Assembly: GCF_000143415.4 (NCBI RefSeq) | Contig: NW_003314275.1 | Location: 2,151,419-2,215,418 of the forward strand | Source of the DNA: Selaginella moellendorffii | Lineage: Eukaryota > Plantae > Lycopodiophyta | Reading direction: 5' to 3' | Length of the DNA: 64,000 bases | In this document: positions 45,630-59,149 of the stretch, one piece after another | Layout of the letters: each line of letters begins with the position of its first letter | Numbering within the stretch: the stretch's first letter is position 1 | Notes under the pieces: model-generated | The model's database searches: none | Seen by the model: only the letters and a program-made list of their open reading frames with translations | What the model was told of the DNA's origin: nothing | Program-made: the position numbers and the translations under genes

Positions 45630-48089
45630 CTATAAGTAGCCCATACTCTTTTTGTATTGGAGCTCCTCTTTCCAAGTGACAATATCAGCAATCCAGTCGC
45701 CACTGCCACTGCGCTGTGAAAAATCTGTGCGTTTCTTATTGCCAGTAGTTCCAAACACTGCAAACACAATAGATCATAGACCTTGTCACCAACTTGGAAA
45801 ACTTGTCACAAACTTGGAGCGTACCTTCGTTTAAGCTGCAGCTATTTGCTCCCTTGAAGATCTTGTCCGGATCCATCTGGGCCTGTTTAGCTAGCTGAGG
45901 CAGCAGGTTCTCCTTGCTGCAAAGATCAACACGAAGAACTCTGTGAGAAAAAAGAGAAAAAGAGAAAACGAAGGAAAAAACAGAAAAGAAAAGCTTACTT
46001 TGCCCAACGCGGTATTGGCTTCACGGGCCTCTTCGGCTTCCTCGGATTTTGGTTCTCCTTGTCATCGTCGTCGTCGTCGTCAGAGGAGCTTTTGTAAGGA
46101 GAGATTTCGTAGGAGGCTGGGCCTGGATCTTCTTCTTCGTCTTCTTCTTCGTCCTCGTCCACCATCTTACCACCCAAAAGAGATGGGCAGAACTGTTGCT
46201 TGTGATCTAGCACGGCTGGCGTTCCCAGGTAGCTCTCAACACCATTCAGGCTCGTTTTGGAAGCGCTCAGTGAGACTGCCTTGCGTTGAGCCGTGCCACT
46301 CGGTACCCGAAGCGCATGGCCGAGCAGCCCGAGCGACTGTTCCCTTTGAACGTAAAGTTCTTGGCTGCCTGATACCTTCTCTAAAGGTCGTTGCTGCTCT
46401 TTCTCCAGCATTTTCATCCGTTGGAAGACTTCTTCTCTGCGCTTTTTCTCGGCCTCCCTGCTAGCGAACCAGTTGGCTTTCGTCTCCTCCGCTTCCCTCC
46501 TCCTCCGCTCTGCTTGCCTCTCCTTTTCTAACCTTTGCTCCTTCTTCATCCTCAGCTCATCATCAACTCTTCTCCGCTTGTTCTTCAACTCTTCGTCTTT
46601 CCTCCTCTGTTCTTCCTCCAGCTTCTTCAGTCTCTTTCGCTCGAGGTCACCCTTGACTTCTAAAGGTCGTTTGGTTGTCTTACCGCGCACGTCTTTTTTT
46701 CCTACCGAGACAAGAAAAATGTTAGCATAGGACAAGATGCGTGAAGATCGAGTAAGACAAACCGTTTGCGATGGACTTCTGCTGAGTAACGAGAGGGACA
46801 AATGACTTCAGGTTTGTCGCGATGGACACGGTGGGTTTTTGCTGAGTGATCAGTGGGAGAAATGACCTCATGTTTGAAACCAGGTTCTGCTTCAAGTGAA
46901 TGCTCTCCTCTTCTTCTTCTGCAGAACCTGGTTCTGAAACTATTGTGCTGACAGCTGCTCTCTCCTTTTCGTTCTCCTGGAAGTTCGTTTGCTCCGTTAT
47001 TAGCATAACCTCCAATTCTTCCTGGTCAGGTCCTACTTTCTCCTGGTCTAGTTTCCTTTCTTCCTCTACAGTTGCTCTGTCCTTTTCGTTCTCCTGAAAG
47101 TTCGTTTGCTCCGCTGTGCTGACAGTTCCTCTCTCCTTTTCGTTCTCCTGGAAGTTCGTTCGCTCCGTTACTGATTCTTCCTGGTCAGGCCCTGCTTTCT
47201 CCTGGTCTGGCTTCCTTTCTTCCTCTACACTTGCAATCGAGGCAGCTTGTTCTTCCTGATAAACTACTGTGCTGACAGCACTCTCCTGGAAGTTCGTGTG
47301 CTCCGTTACTATTTCTTCCTGGTCAGGCCCTGCGTCTGGCTTCCTTTCTTCCTCTACACTTGCAACCGAGGGAGCTTGTTTTTCTTCCTGATAAACTACT
47401 GTGCTGACAGCTTTCTCCTGTTCGATCTCCGTTTGCTCCGCTACTAATTCTTCCTGGTCAGGCCCTGCTTTCTCCTCACTTGCAGCCGCGGCAACTTGTT
47501 CTTCGCCGTGATAAACTACAGTGCTGACAGCTCTCTCCTTTTCGTTCTCCTGGAAGTTCGTTTGCTCCGTTACTAAATCTTCCTGATCAGGCCCTGCTTT
47601 CTCCTGATCTGGCTTCCTTTCTTCCTCTACACTTGCAACCGAGCCAACTTGTTCTTCTTCCTGATCAACTGTGCTGACAGCTCTCTCCTTTTCGTTATCC
47701 TCACCCAATTCTTCCTGGTCCGGCCCTGCTTTCTCCTGCTCTCTTTCCTCCTCCACATTTGCAACCGAGAAGGCAAATTGCTCTTCTTCCTGGTTTGGCT
47801 CCTGCTCTGGTTCTGGAAATGCTGTGCTGACAGTTCCTCTCACCTTTTCATTCTCCTGGAAGATCCTTTGCTCCTTCACTAGCAAGACACCACCTTCTAC
47901 CTGGTAAGGCCTAGCTTTCTCCTGGTCTGGCCCTTCCTCCTCTAAAACCTTCTTCTTGAGACTTACGGGAGGAAGAAGTACCCGCATCAGCGAGTGCATC
48001 GAAGCCACAAAGTACTGCTTCTGCTGATGGAACTGCGCATCCGCATTCTCTATCGTCTCGAGGAGAAGGTGTATTCTCGCCTCCTCCAT
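45630..48089 (-). CDS. INCENP: INCENP-like inner centromere protein (Aurora-binding IN-box), multi-exon
   Basis: Charged SAH-like segment (KKLEEEQRRKDEELKNKRRR) and spliced IN-box SYEISPYKSS..KPIPRWAK|KENLLPQLAKQAQMDPDKIF..SLNE|VFG..RSGSGDW; TAG at 45630-45632. Confidence 0.8.
46900..47950 (-). repeat. coding tandem repeat in INCENP (EKAGPDQEE..TEQTNFQENEKERAVSTV)
   Basis: About 7-8 degenerate ~35-50 aa units, all in frame. Confidence 0.85.
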
Positions 48090-48407
48090 GGCTTCTAAAC
48101 CTTAGCGAGCGCCCAGCCTACTCTGATTCTAGAGATATTTCACAGCGCAAGCAGATCTTTACCGGTTCTCGCCGCCCATACCCTAGCCCGCCCACCCGGC
48201 GCCAAAGCGAGCTCCTCCACCCCTCGCCATAGCTTCGCTCCTTAGGGCAAGGTAAAGAAAATGCGAGAGAATATTCGTACGAACACATCCGAGCCGTCCG
48301 CTTTAACGCGATCGACGGCTCAGGGTGCTCTTACCGTTACAGCTCCGAGTACTTTAAAGTTTTTTGGAGAGAGAAGAGGGCGCCCTGGATTTCGATCATG
48401 CGTAGCG

Positions 48408-51400
48408 ATGGCTGATGCGATTCGCGGGGAGGAAGATCCCAAGCTGCTGGATTCGAGAGGCGGCCGCCGCGACCACAGCGCCGATCGCCAGAAGAAGCAG
48501 CGGAGGGTGGATGCATCCAGCAGCCGTGACGATGGCGAGGCGACCGAGAGCTCGGAGAGCTACAGCGACGACGACGAGAGGTACGTGAGGAGCAGCAATA
48601 GGTCGTGGAAGAAGAGATTTGGGCCAGCAAAGAAACGATTCATCGATGCGGATTATCAAGAGGTGTTTCGAGCTCCACCGTTTTGTTTCCAAAAGAGAAT
48701 AGCTCGGATCGATTGGAGGACACTGCATGCCATCGAAGTGGATGGACTCATCCAAGAAATCGGTAAGAATGTAGGTCCTTTGATTACTTTTTTTTGTTTT
48801 TTTTTTAATTTGAGTTATCTTTGTAGACATTGGAAAACTAGAGACTGTTCTTGATACTATAGCGTTTGGAGACATCCAAGGTGAAGATACTCGTAACTTC
48901 ACCGAGCAAAACTTCATCAAGCTTTTTCGTCTTGCTCAATTGATGGTACGTGAGACTTCTACTCTAGAGGAATTTTCTTTTCCGACGATTTTAACTTAGC
49001 AGATCGAGTATCTTCTTCATGTCCAAACTGTTCTAGCGGATCAAAAATCACAGTTGATCGGTGCCGTATCAGGTGCTCGGAGAAAAGGTGAAAAACTGAG
49101 GCTGCGATGTCTCTGGCAACACGACGCTCTAAAGCAGTCCCAGAAGGATTTGAAGCATGCCAGAAAGGTGCATTTGCTCGACATTACAATAATGGTTTAT
49201 ATTTATATTGCAGACACTAAAAACTTACGAGGGTCTTTTGCGTTCCAATGGAAAGCAAGCTGCTGTCCAACAGCAGGTTAGCACCGAAAAAGAAATTAAA
49301 AACGAACGCTCTAAGAACTTAACTTGACCCAGTTCTCATCACTCAGCTCTGGGGATGTGTGTTCTTGAGCTCTTGCTGTTGGTGGTGAACTATACAGGTG
49401 CACCATTGTCCTTGCTGTGAGAAGATCTTTGAATCTTCATACTATCTTGTAAGTAAGAAAGGTCTTCCTTTTTCTTTCTTCTCTGACGTTGCTTTGTAAA
49501 CAGGATTTGCACGTATCGAGGAGACATCCAAGGCCAACAGATCGCTCCGAGCGAGCGGATGTTCGATCGGAGAGAGTATCAGAAGAGAGAGCCCCTGTCT
49601 GTCATCCACCAGTTGCAAGAAGTGTTGAGAAATCTGCCGCACAAGTAAGGATGATCTTCCATCTCTGATTACAACTTAATTATGCTTTTACCTACAGGTA
49701 AGAGCTGAAACTGAAGCAGTTTTACAAAGAGAATTTGAACGACAACACGGAGGAGTTTCACATGTAAATTCTTCTCTTTCTTGCTTTTTTCCTACATGTC
49801 TTTTGACTATCGCAACTTCAGCATGACGACAGCAGATCTGGTGGTGCTCAGGTAAAAAACGCAGACCATCTATTCTTTCTAAATTTTTTTTTCGTACAGG
49901 TGAGTTCTTTGCATCGAACTCTACATGACAGCGGGAGTGAATTTGACGAAGCTGATTACCAACTTGGCCTTCCTTACTCACAATCTCATGCCACTCCTGT
50001 AAGCGTTTACCTTTTATTCTTTTTCATTTCTATGACACTACCACTGTCGGTAGAGGTTGCAACGAAGAGATGACTACGAGGTTTTGGAAGATGCTGGAAA
50101 TGTATGGCAATAAGAATGTTCTTGCGAGTGTTTCAACGAGCTAATTCTTCTGGCTTTTCTGCAGAGGCTGAGTGACTTGGAACGGAAGTTTGAAGGTGTT
50201 GAACATCAAATTCACCACCTCAATAAGGTCACCTAAGAATGTTATCAAATCCTGTTCTCTAACTTTGAGCCACCCACACCAGGAAAATATCAAACTGAGA
50301 ACTGAACTAGACGCAGCTTACCGCGAGGTATATCGTAATCGATTGTATTTTACTTGTTCTTATCATGCTCACAAACAGCTATCTGCTTTGAGATCTGGAA
50401 AACGTCAAAGAATGGGAGACAGTCCTCAGGTGCTAAAGGTCAGAGATCTAGAACTGGGACTCATGTTTTCTTTGTATGCATAGCTTGAGCTGGAGAAGAA
50501 GGAAAAGCAGCTAATCAAGTATATGAAAAAAGTAAGCAAGTTAGTAAGATCAAAAGTACAATCTAAATAACTTCACAGAACGAAGGAAAATCGTCCGGTA
50601 TCGAAGACTTCACCGTGCAGGAGCATGCAAGAAATGCCAAGTCCTTGAGCGTAAGCAAACATGAAACTTTTCGTGCACGTAACTCTGGACGATCCACAAA
50701 TAACAGGACTGGGTTAGCGACACGGATGATAGATACAGCGACCTCACCATGGGAATCACCGAAGAGTTTCGCGATCTCGAGCCACCCGAAGATGCAAGGC
50801 TAGTGATTAAGTTTTCTCTCTTCCATTATAGTTAACTAATGGAAACTGTGCAGGAGCCGGCACTCGGATGAATCGGGACGAAGTAGCGCAGCTTCAAGGC
50901 GAAAGCAGCTTGTTGACGTTGATGACGGGACTCCAGTGTCGGACAAGGAACGCTGGGTGCAAGAGCATCAGTATGCCCCAATACCAGAGAAGTGAGTCTG
51001 GCTCTTTGACTCTTTGCTTTAACTTCTTTGAACTCCCTTCTAGGCCTTATGCTTTGTCCAAATTCCCACACGGTTCGTCTACAGTGAGTACTATGCATGG
51101 AAGAATGGCCGCGGTAAGAACAAAAGCCCCTTTTTACTTCGTTGTGTAAGCTTACGTTTTATATTTTGTCTAGCAATTCGAACAGAAGCTGAATGCCGAG
51201 CTGAAGAAGTTTGGGATCTCAGCAAACTCGAAAGGAATCAGGTCCGTGTTTGAGGTTCCCAAATCAAATATATTGTTCCGAACTTCTCTTGTATTGTAAC
51301 CAGTGACGAGATGCTCAAAGCGGCACTATCAACACTAGAAAGGCAACGAAGAACTCGCTACTGTGACGCTCCACCCGATGACCGCAGGATCATGGAGTAC

Positions 51401-52470
51401 GAGAGAAGCACTATACAATGGCATATTGAGGTACAACATACTATGCTTGGCTGGATAAAATTGATCGTTTTTAAATAGAGAGCTGTACGTACCCGCGACA
51501 CGGATCGCCTGGAATCAATTTTCGAGGAAGAGTCAGAGCCAGAGGACGTTGCTTCTGTTGTATCAGACGACGAAATCTCTGAAAGAGAAGTGAGTTCAAG
51601 TTTTCTACGTTAAATTCTCACTCTCCGTCTCGGGCTTTATGCAGGAGCTTGAAGAGCGGGCGAGCTCGAGACCGTCACCGTCGTATGGAAAGCCATCACC
51701 ATCCTACGGTCGTCGCACGCCGTCGCCGAGATCCTACGGCCGGCGCTCACGCTCGCCGTCGCCACCGCAACCTCCAAAGTCGAGAGGAGGGGGACCGAGC
51801 TCGGGATTTACCGAGCAGTTTGTGTCCAAGGCATTTTCGTGGCGAGCGGACGACGAGTCCGAGTCGCACACGTTTAGAGTTACTGGCGAGGTGGTAGCGC
51901 AGCGAGTTAAATCCCCCGGTGGAGGAGGAGACGTTCCACACAGGATTGTTATATCGCCAGTAGCCAGTCCAGTGAGTGTTAGTCGGGGGCCGGCTCCTAT
52001 CTTTGAGGACGAGCAAGTGGAGGAAGATTTGGGACTGGGTGACTGGGACAGCGACGATGGAAAGAACACGAGCAGTCCAAGCCCGAGAAGTCCCGAAGTT
52101 GCGAGGTAAAGAGCTTTAAGTTCTTTAGAGTGTTCGCTTTGGTCATGAGCTCTTGATTTTTCCAGGCAAGTTATGAGAGATATACAGTCGAGAGTGGAAT
52201 CTCCTTCCAGCTCCAAAGCCACAGGTTTGTCATCTCGTTATTTCTTTGTTCGTTCTTTCTTGATTTGCAACTTGGTGCAGCTAAGCAAAAAGGCAAGCAA
52301 GCAGCAGCTGGATCTACCAAGTAAGAAACGCTGGTGCTTCTCCTACAATGCACAGAGTTCTAACTTAGCTTTTCAATTGCAGCAAGTCCAAGCAGCACGC
52401 CAGTAGTAGCAATGCCAGTGATGATATCAAAATGCTAGACGAACTTGATGCTGAAATCAATGACATAATA
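48408..52470 (+). CDS. DZIP1: DZIP1/Iguana-like ciliary zinc-finger coiled-coil protein, many exons
   Basis: FCFQKRIARIDWRTLHAIEVDGLIQEI|DIGKLETVLDTIAFGDI..FIKLFRLAQLM|IEYLLHVQ (Dzip-like N domain), C2H2 CPCCEKIFESSYYL|DLHVSRRH, coiled coils; TAA 52468-52470; exon structure only partly resolved. Confidence 0.75.
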
Positions 52471-52647
52471 AGATGAATCTTAGTATCATTCATCCAAGAA
52501 TCTAAAGCTCCGACTGTCAATCAATCGAAAGGCATTGAAAAACTCGCGCGAGAACATGGTTGACGCAATGCAAACAAGGAGAGAAAACTAAAGTTTCCGC
52601 AAACCACAGCGCGTTCCCTCGAGCACAGGAGACTACAAACACATACA

Positions 52648-52720
52648 TGGAGATGCCGGGTATCGATCCCGGTGCCTCTCGCATGCGAAGCGAGCGCTCT
52701 ACCATCTGAGCTACATCCCC
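52648..52720 (-). tRNA. tRNA-Ala (anticodon CGC)
   Basis: GGGGATGTAGCTCAGATGGTAGAGCGCTCGCTTCGCATGCGAGAGGCACCGGGATCGATACCCGGCATCTCCA forms a cloverleaf, no intron. Confidence 0.95.
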
Positions 52721-52799
52721 TTACCACAGGAGGTAAACCACAAAGCTAATATATTTACTGGCCAGACAAAATTTACAAATTTGATCTATCCGAGATCAC

Positions 52800-53535
52800 T
52801 TACATCATGTTAAAAACTGGCGTCTTGATGAAGGATTCCGTGATCACCAAGGCCAGGAAACCAAGCATGGCAGTCCGCCCGTTCCAGCGCTCCGCCATGG
52901 CATTAAACGGGCCCAAAGCTCTGCTATCGGGGCTCTCTCCCTTAAACATGGGAACCAGCGACGCATACGCAAAGAGTTGTGCCACCATCAAGAAGTTAAA
53001 CAAGCCAAAGTTGCCCGGCGTGTAGAGCTGCTCGAACACCGTTTGTCCCGTTATTCTCTCCACAGCAAATGCCCACACAATTCCAACCATGGCCTGTATC
53101 AATGGAAAAAAATCTTAGAACAAGGGACTCTCCACGGATCCAGGAACTTACCAGTCTGCCATTGATCGTCTCTGGGCCAGCGCCATCAAATGCCATCAAG
53201 CTGGGGAACGATCGATCGCCAGTCTCTGGCCGCCTCTCGATCTCCGGCCTCGGCCACATTGCTCCGGACGATGGCACAGCTCCAAACACGGACTTCTTCT
53301 CCGACTCATTCTCTGCCTGGTTCTTGAGCACACCCTCGCGGCTAATATTCTTCTTGGTCTGGTCCAGAACGCTGCTGATGCCATCGCCTCCTGCAGGACC
53401 TTTGTCCGAGGAAGCTCTCACTGGCAGCAAAAATCCCAAGGAGCGAGTGGATCGGGACTTGTGAGCGGAGGCTCCTCCCAGAGGAGTTTTAGAGAGGGAG
53501 GAAGGGAGTGCCGCAAGGCTGCTGGCTAGGGCCAT
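52800..53535 (-). CDS. ELIP: early light-induced protein (ELIP/DSP-22-like), copy 1
   Basis: Transit peptide; AFDGAGPETINGRL|AMVG and AERWNGRTAMLG LHC motifs; intron 53094-53151. Confidence 0.9.
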
Positions 53536-53668
53536 GTTGCTCAGGACTAAAAGCTACAAATATTTGGACCTGGAAAAAACTTCAAATGAATTGGATCGCT
53601 CAAATCGAATGTGTGGATCGCAGGATGGCTAGACTGTTCTCGGTGCTGGAATTTATACGAATCGGGGA

Positions 53669-53681
53669 CCACACGTGGCAA
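53669..53681. promoter_or_regulatory. G-box/ABRE (CCACACGTGGCAA) upstream of ELIP
   Basis: ~135 bp upstream of the ATG; conserved at ~58384 and ~62403. Confidence 0.55.
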
Positions 53682-54365
53682 GATCCCTGCCAATGTAGTG
53701 TCACCAAAGCATCTCTTATGTGTCGTAAGGTGGCGCGCCTGTACCGTGAACACTATTAAAGACGATGTTACAGCTGCAAAGTCAAATGGGGCTTGCCACT
53801 TTGGCATAGTACGCGTACAACTGAAGACCCTAAGTTTCCATTCTTGTGTTCAAGACCACATAAAGTTTGAAAGAAGAACGAACAAAGGTACTTTGGCAAA
53901 TCGAACCCCAGCACCTGCCCAAACTCCGCGAGAGCACACATGCTGCATGGCACGTTTCTCTTGTAGCGTGGCATTTTCTAATCCATTCATGCATTTATAC
54001 TGTTTACGGGCCTCGCCCCTCAAGAAGCATGAGACTGAAAGATTCCAATACTGTTCATATGGTCGCCTCTACTGTGCGGCAGCTGATGTCCTCAGCTGTC
54101 TCCACCTCCGTCGCGGGCCTTGGTCGTCCTGTGACGCTTTTGCATGCATAGGGGTTAAGGGAATATTCGCACATATTCTTGATATCTGTCTTTATTTATT
54201 TTGTTTATAACAAGAAAAAACCACGGTCATCTCTTGCCTGTGTAGAGCTCGAAGTGGATAAAGCGGCCAAATGGTGAATATCGGGAATAAAAAGTGCTCA
54301 CCCGAAACAAAATCTCGCCCAGAAAAATCGATCACTTGCGCCAGCGCCGCCAGCCCGAGGACTAT

Positions 54366-54512
54366 GCGTTTTAGGTCAAATCAATCTAGACTTGGGGCCC
54401 CAATGGTTAAATTCCACGCGGGCGTGAGGCAGGAGGCGCGTTTTAGGTCAAATCAATCTAGACTTGGGGCCCCAATGGTTAAATTCCACGCGGGCGTGAG
54501 GCAGGAGGCGCG
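54366..54512. repeat. perfect 72-bp tandem duplication
   Basis: GCGTTTTAGGTCAAATC...GAGGCAGGAGGC x2. Confidence 0.95.
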
Positions 54513-54689
54513 ATGGGATCGAGGGATTGATCCATAAAAAATTGGATGGCAATTTTTATTTTATGTATGTTCTAACTAATCAAGAACATTCTTTAGTATT
54601 CTCTTAAACTCTTCCGTTTGGATCGTGCGGGTGGGCAGTCATTGACTACATAATTAACCTTCTCAATGCATGCGGGGCGGCTTTGAGTC

Positions 54690-57188
54690 GTTGTCCTCCC
54701 ATTTGATAACTCGCTGGAATCCTTGGATTTCGAGGAGTGAGGTTGTTATAGCCCACATAGCCGTTTATAGTGCCTGCGTAGCTGTCGTAGAGAACCTTGT
54801 CCACAGTCCTTGCCCGACACCATTGTTGGAGGCCTTGCCATGTCCAGTATCCAAGGGTCCTTAATTAGCTCGGTGAGCAGGAAGGAAGTCCAAGTCCAAG
54901 GGAAGTAGTTCATGCCGCCACCACCATCAATTCGGGAGGGATGTTGAGCTCGTGCAGGCGTTGACAGAGTTTGCTGCGTAGCACTTGACCAAATGCATTT
55001 GGCAATGTCGACGTAACAAGCATTCTGGCAGAGCTTGTCGAGAGTGATCTGCATACGAATAATGCACGCGAAAACCAGCCGGGCCTGTGGCTCAGCATCC
55101 CTGGAATTCTGTCCATCTGACAACCACCAGATTTTAGGGCGGTAATTAGTGGCCCATCTCGTTAAGAGGATCGGATTCGGGTTCAGCATTTGCAAAAGTT
55201 CAGCCGTGAATCTGTAGACATCGGCCACCTGCCGTCGAGGAAGTCTGTGAATGGCATCCTTCATCTCGGACCATCCTTCAATTCATACAGCTAGCAAATG
55301 TGCTGGATCCAAGCGTCCATGTCCTTGATAATCACCTGCGGAAGATGCGGTACGCTGTGGAAGGCCTGTGTCGTACTTGACAAACTTGTCAGATGTTGAC
55401 GAGCTTGGTGTGGAATTGGGCTCAAGCCCTCGCAACGGAGCTGCCATGCTCTTGGCTGTGGGAAGGCCATATTGTACATGCAAACTGCGACACTCCTCGT
55501 TCCACCACGGCTTGGTGGGGACGGTCACCTCCTGGAGAATTTGCACAAGGACGTCCGTTCGAGCGCCTATTTGGAAATTGGCCGTGGCGACTAAGTAGTC
55601 CACGGTACTGTGTCCTGCGATGGTTGTTGCCACGCGATGAAATGGCCGTGAAACCTCATGTGGGAATGTAGATGCTCCATACATCTTTGTTGTCTGGCAT
55701 AATGGGAGGAGTTTGTGCCCATTCTTGCATCGAACTTGTCTAAACTGTGGCAGATCCAGCGCGCCATGTGGTGGTGTTCGCCTTCCTGCTCATCATGAGC
55801 GGCTTGATATGAGCTCGTGCGGCTGTTGAAATCCCCCGGAAATATCACTGTCGCATTCGTGCTTCAAGCCGCAGTACAGGATGCTAAGGCGGATGATTTG
55901 CGACATATGTTTCTTGCAATGACAGAGGAGGTTCTGTACTTGATTCGTTTGATCTTTTTCATCTCTTATCACTGCTTTTATTTGTTTTAGATCGTTGTGA
56001 AGCTTGCAAGCGGTCACCCGTTCTGCTAGGGCCGCAAAGAGGAAGAGGGTTCCCGTGACATAATCCGGTGATCAACACCCGCCCTGAGGAGGCTATGCGG
56101 ATGTTGTTCTCCTCGGTATTGCTTCGACACCCGAGTGACGACGTGGTCCTTAGTGTAGACGAGACTTCCAGTTCCAGGCTCTAGGAATCCGGGTAAATCT
56201 GGGTGCTGGTGTTCCTAGGTTTCTACAAGGTACTCTAGTCGTGGCGTAACCCATGGCAGTTCCAGACCAGTTGGGCCTCTTGCGCTCAGTGGGAGATTGG
56301 TTTACCTCTTGCGTTTGCGCTTCATCCTTATGTTTACGCAAGCAGTGTGACTAAGTCCGTGATGTCGCAAACTCCGGGAAGGGTCTGGAGGGTGGTGAAT
56401 GTTGGCGAGGCGATTGAAAAGCTGGTGGTAGCTTGAGTCGCTTCATCGACACCGACACCGCTCGGGACTGGGCTCACCCTATAAGGAGAGGAGAGGCCGC
56501 TCGAGGCCACTCCAGCGACTCAGGCCTCGCGTTCCCGAGCTACTCAGGCCACTCCCACCAAGCCCACCCAGATCTGGGCAGCTACGTGTACCCTGGTAGA
56601 CGCCCCAATTTGCGAAAGAGCTGCCGAGGGTGCGAGATTCTTCATCAAAAAGCCGTCGGTGAGAGTACGTGCGCTTGCGGCTTGTTTTACGCTGAGCGTG
56701 CTGTGCCGGTGAGTGGGTATGTCCCAAAACGCGGATTTGTCGGACTTCAGTTTGTGGCGGCCATACTTGATGTGCAAGCGGAACCTCCACCGCCCATCGC
56801 TTCGATCTCCTTTCCAAGTTTCCGGAGCGCGTCCTTGCCGTTTCCAAATCCGCACGGTGCCCGTCCATCTCGAGCATCACCACCCGGAACACAGTGGAGG
56901 CTCGGTCCCGTAAGCGTGCGTAGTCTTTGCGCTTGAACGTATCTTCAGCCCAGACCCGCTTCATTTGGTCGTGGCGTCGAAGGTGACCTGTGGGATGGAT
57001 CTTGAAATCCACGGTTGGTGTCGCTCCCATGGATTAAACCAGCCGAGAACGTCCTGTCGCTTAAAGCTGGGATCATCGATCCGCAAGACAAGACTGAAAT
57101 ATTCGGAGTCGTCCTTCTCCTCCAAGTTGCCGTAGGGGAGAGCGGGCCGTGAATGTTCCTCTCCCGCTTTCATGAATCTCAGGCGGAA
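54690..57188 (-). mobile_element. decayed LINE (non-LTR retrotransposon), copy 1
   Basis: APE motif GDFNSRT, linker KPWWNEEC, RT motifs NYRP, AGFRVHYSYADH, VDIAK/AFGQVLRSKLCQRLHELNIP scattered over frames. Confidence 0.8.
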
Positions 57189-57424
57189 GTGACGATGGAA
57201 AGAACACGAGCAGGCGTTACGAGGTAAAGAGTTAAAGGAGAGTGTTCGCTTTGAGGAGCTCTGCCAAGTTATGAGCGATAGATCTCCTTTCAGTTCCAAA
57301 GCCACAGGTTTGTGATCTCGTTACTTCTCTGTTCGTTCTTTCTTTTCAATGCAGCTAAGCAGTATGTACCAAGTAAGAAACGACCCTATATATCTAGACG
57401 AACTGATGCTGAAATCAATGACAT
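57189..57424 (+). pseudogene. duplicated 3' fragment of the DZIP1-like gene
   Basis: GACGATGGAAAGAACACGAGCAG...GCTGAAATCAATGACAT matches 52053-52467 with deletions; again at ~61197-61400. Confidence 0.8.
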
Positions 57425-57491
57425 GATGCTTCTCTACGTAAATTGGCCAGCGAGAGGAACAAATTTACAGATTGGATTTATCCGAAGTCAC

Positions 57492-58250
57492 TTACATCAT
57501 GTTAAAAACTGGCGTCTTGATGAAGGATTCCGTGAGCACCAGAGCGAGGAAGCCAAGCATGGCAGTCCGCCCATTCCAGCGCTCCGCCATGGCATTAAAT
57601 GGGCCCATAGCCCTGCTATCGGGGCTCTCTCCCTTAAACATGGGAACCAGCGACGCATACGCAAAGAGTTGTGCCACCATCAAGAAGTTAAACAAGCCAA
57701 AGTTGCCTGGCGTGTAGAGCTGCTCAAACACCGTTTGTCCCGTTATTCTCTCCACAGCAAATGCCCACACAATTCCAACCATGGCCTGTTATCAATGGAA
57801 AAAAATCTTAGAACAAGGGACTCTCCACGGATCCAGGAACTTTGGATATGAGGAACTTACCAGTCTGCCATTGATCGTCTCTGGGCCAGCGCCATCAAAT
57901 GCCATCAAGCTGGGGAACGATCGATCGCCAGTCTCTGGCCGCCTCTCGATCTCCGGCCGCGGCCACATTGCTCCGGACGATGGCACGGCTCCAAACACGG
58001 ACTTCTTCTCCGACTCATTCTCTGCCTGGTTCTTGAGCACATCTTCGCGGCTAATATTCTTCTTGGTCTGGTCCAGAACGCTGCTGATGCCATCGCCTCC
58101 TGCAGGACCTTTGTCCGAGGAAGCTCTCACTGGCAGCAAGAATCTCAAGGACCGACTGGATCGAGACTTGTGAGCGGAGGCTCCTCCCAGAGGAGTTCTA
58201 GAGAGGGAGGAAGGGAGTGCCGCAAGGCTGCTGCTTGTGGCCAAGGCCAT
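57492..58250 (-). CDS. ELIP: ELIP copy 2
   Basis: Same two-exon structure, intact frame. Confidence 0.88.
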
Positions 58251-59149
58251 GTTGCTCAGGACTAAAAGCTACAAATATTTGGACCTGGAAAACACTTCAA
58301 ATGAATTGGATCGCTCAAATCGAATGTGTGAATCGCAGGATGGCTAGACTGTTCTCGGTGCTGGAATTTATACGAATCGGGAACCACACGTGGCAAGATC
58401 CCCGCGATTGTAGTGTCACCGAAAGCATCTCTTATGTGTCATAAGGTGGCGCGCCTTTACCGTGAACCTTAAAGACGATATTACTAGTTAATCCTTCAGC
58501 TGCAAGTCAAATGTGGCTTGCCGCCCTGGCGTCTCCTTAACATTTTACGCGTACTCGCAAGGCCTACGTTTCGTTCAAGACCACATACAGTTTGAAAGAA
58601 GAACGAATAAAAGTACTTCGGCAAATGGAACCCCAGCACCTGCCCAAACTCTGCGAGAGCACACATGCTGCATGGCACGTTTCTCTTGTAGCGTGGCATT
58701 TTTTAATCCATTCATACATTTATACTGTTTACAGGGCCTCGCCCCCTCAAGAAGCATGAGACTGAAAGATTCAAATAGGCTGTTCATGTGGTCGCATCAA
58801 CTGTGCGCTGATGTCCTCAGCTGTCTCCACCTCCGTCGTGCCCCGGGCCTTCCTTTGGAGGTTAAGGGAATATTCGCACATATTCTTGATATCTGTATTT
58901 ATTTATTTTGTTTATAACAAATAAAAACCAGAGCTCAAAGTGGATAAAGCGGCCAAATGGTAAACAAAATCTAGGAAATTGTTCTGACCCGCCCAGAAAA
59001 ATCGATCACAGCGCCACTTGCGCCAGCCTGAGGACTATGCGTTTTAGGTCAAATCAATCTAGCAATGCAAGCGCGGGGATCGAGGGATTGATCCATAAAA
59101 AATTGGATGGCAATTTTTATTTTATGTATGTTCTAACTATCAAGACTAG

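Noticed and set aside
53611-54210. 199-aa ORF upstream of ELIP1
   Set aside because: Frame is not conserved in the duplicated units (58300-58920, 62340-62760); promoter/intergenic sequence
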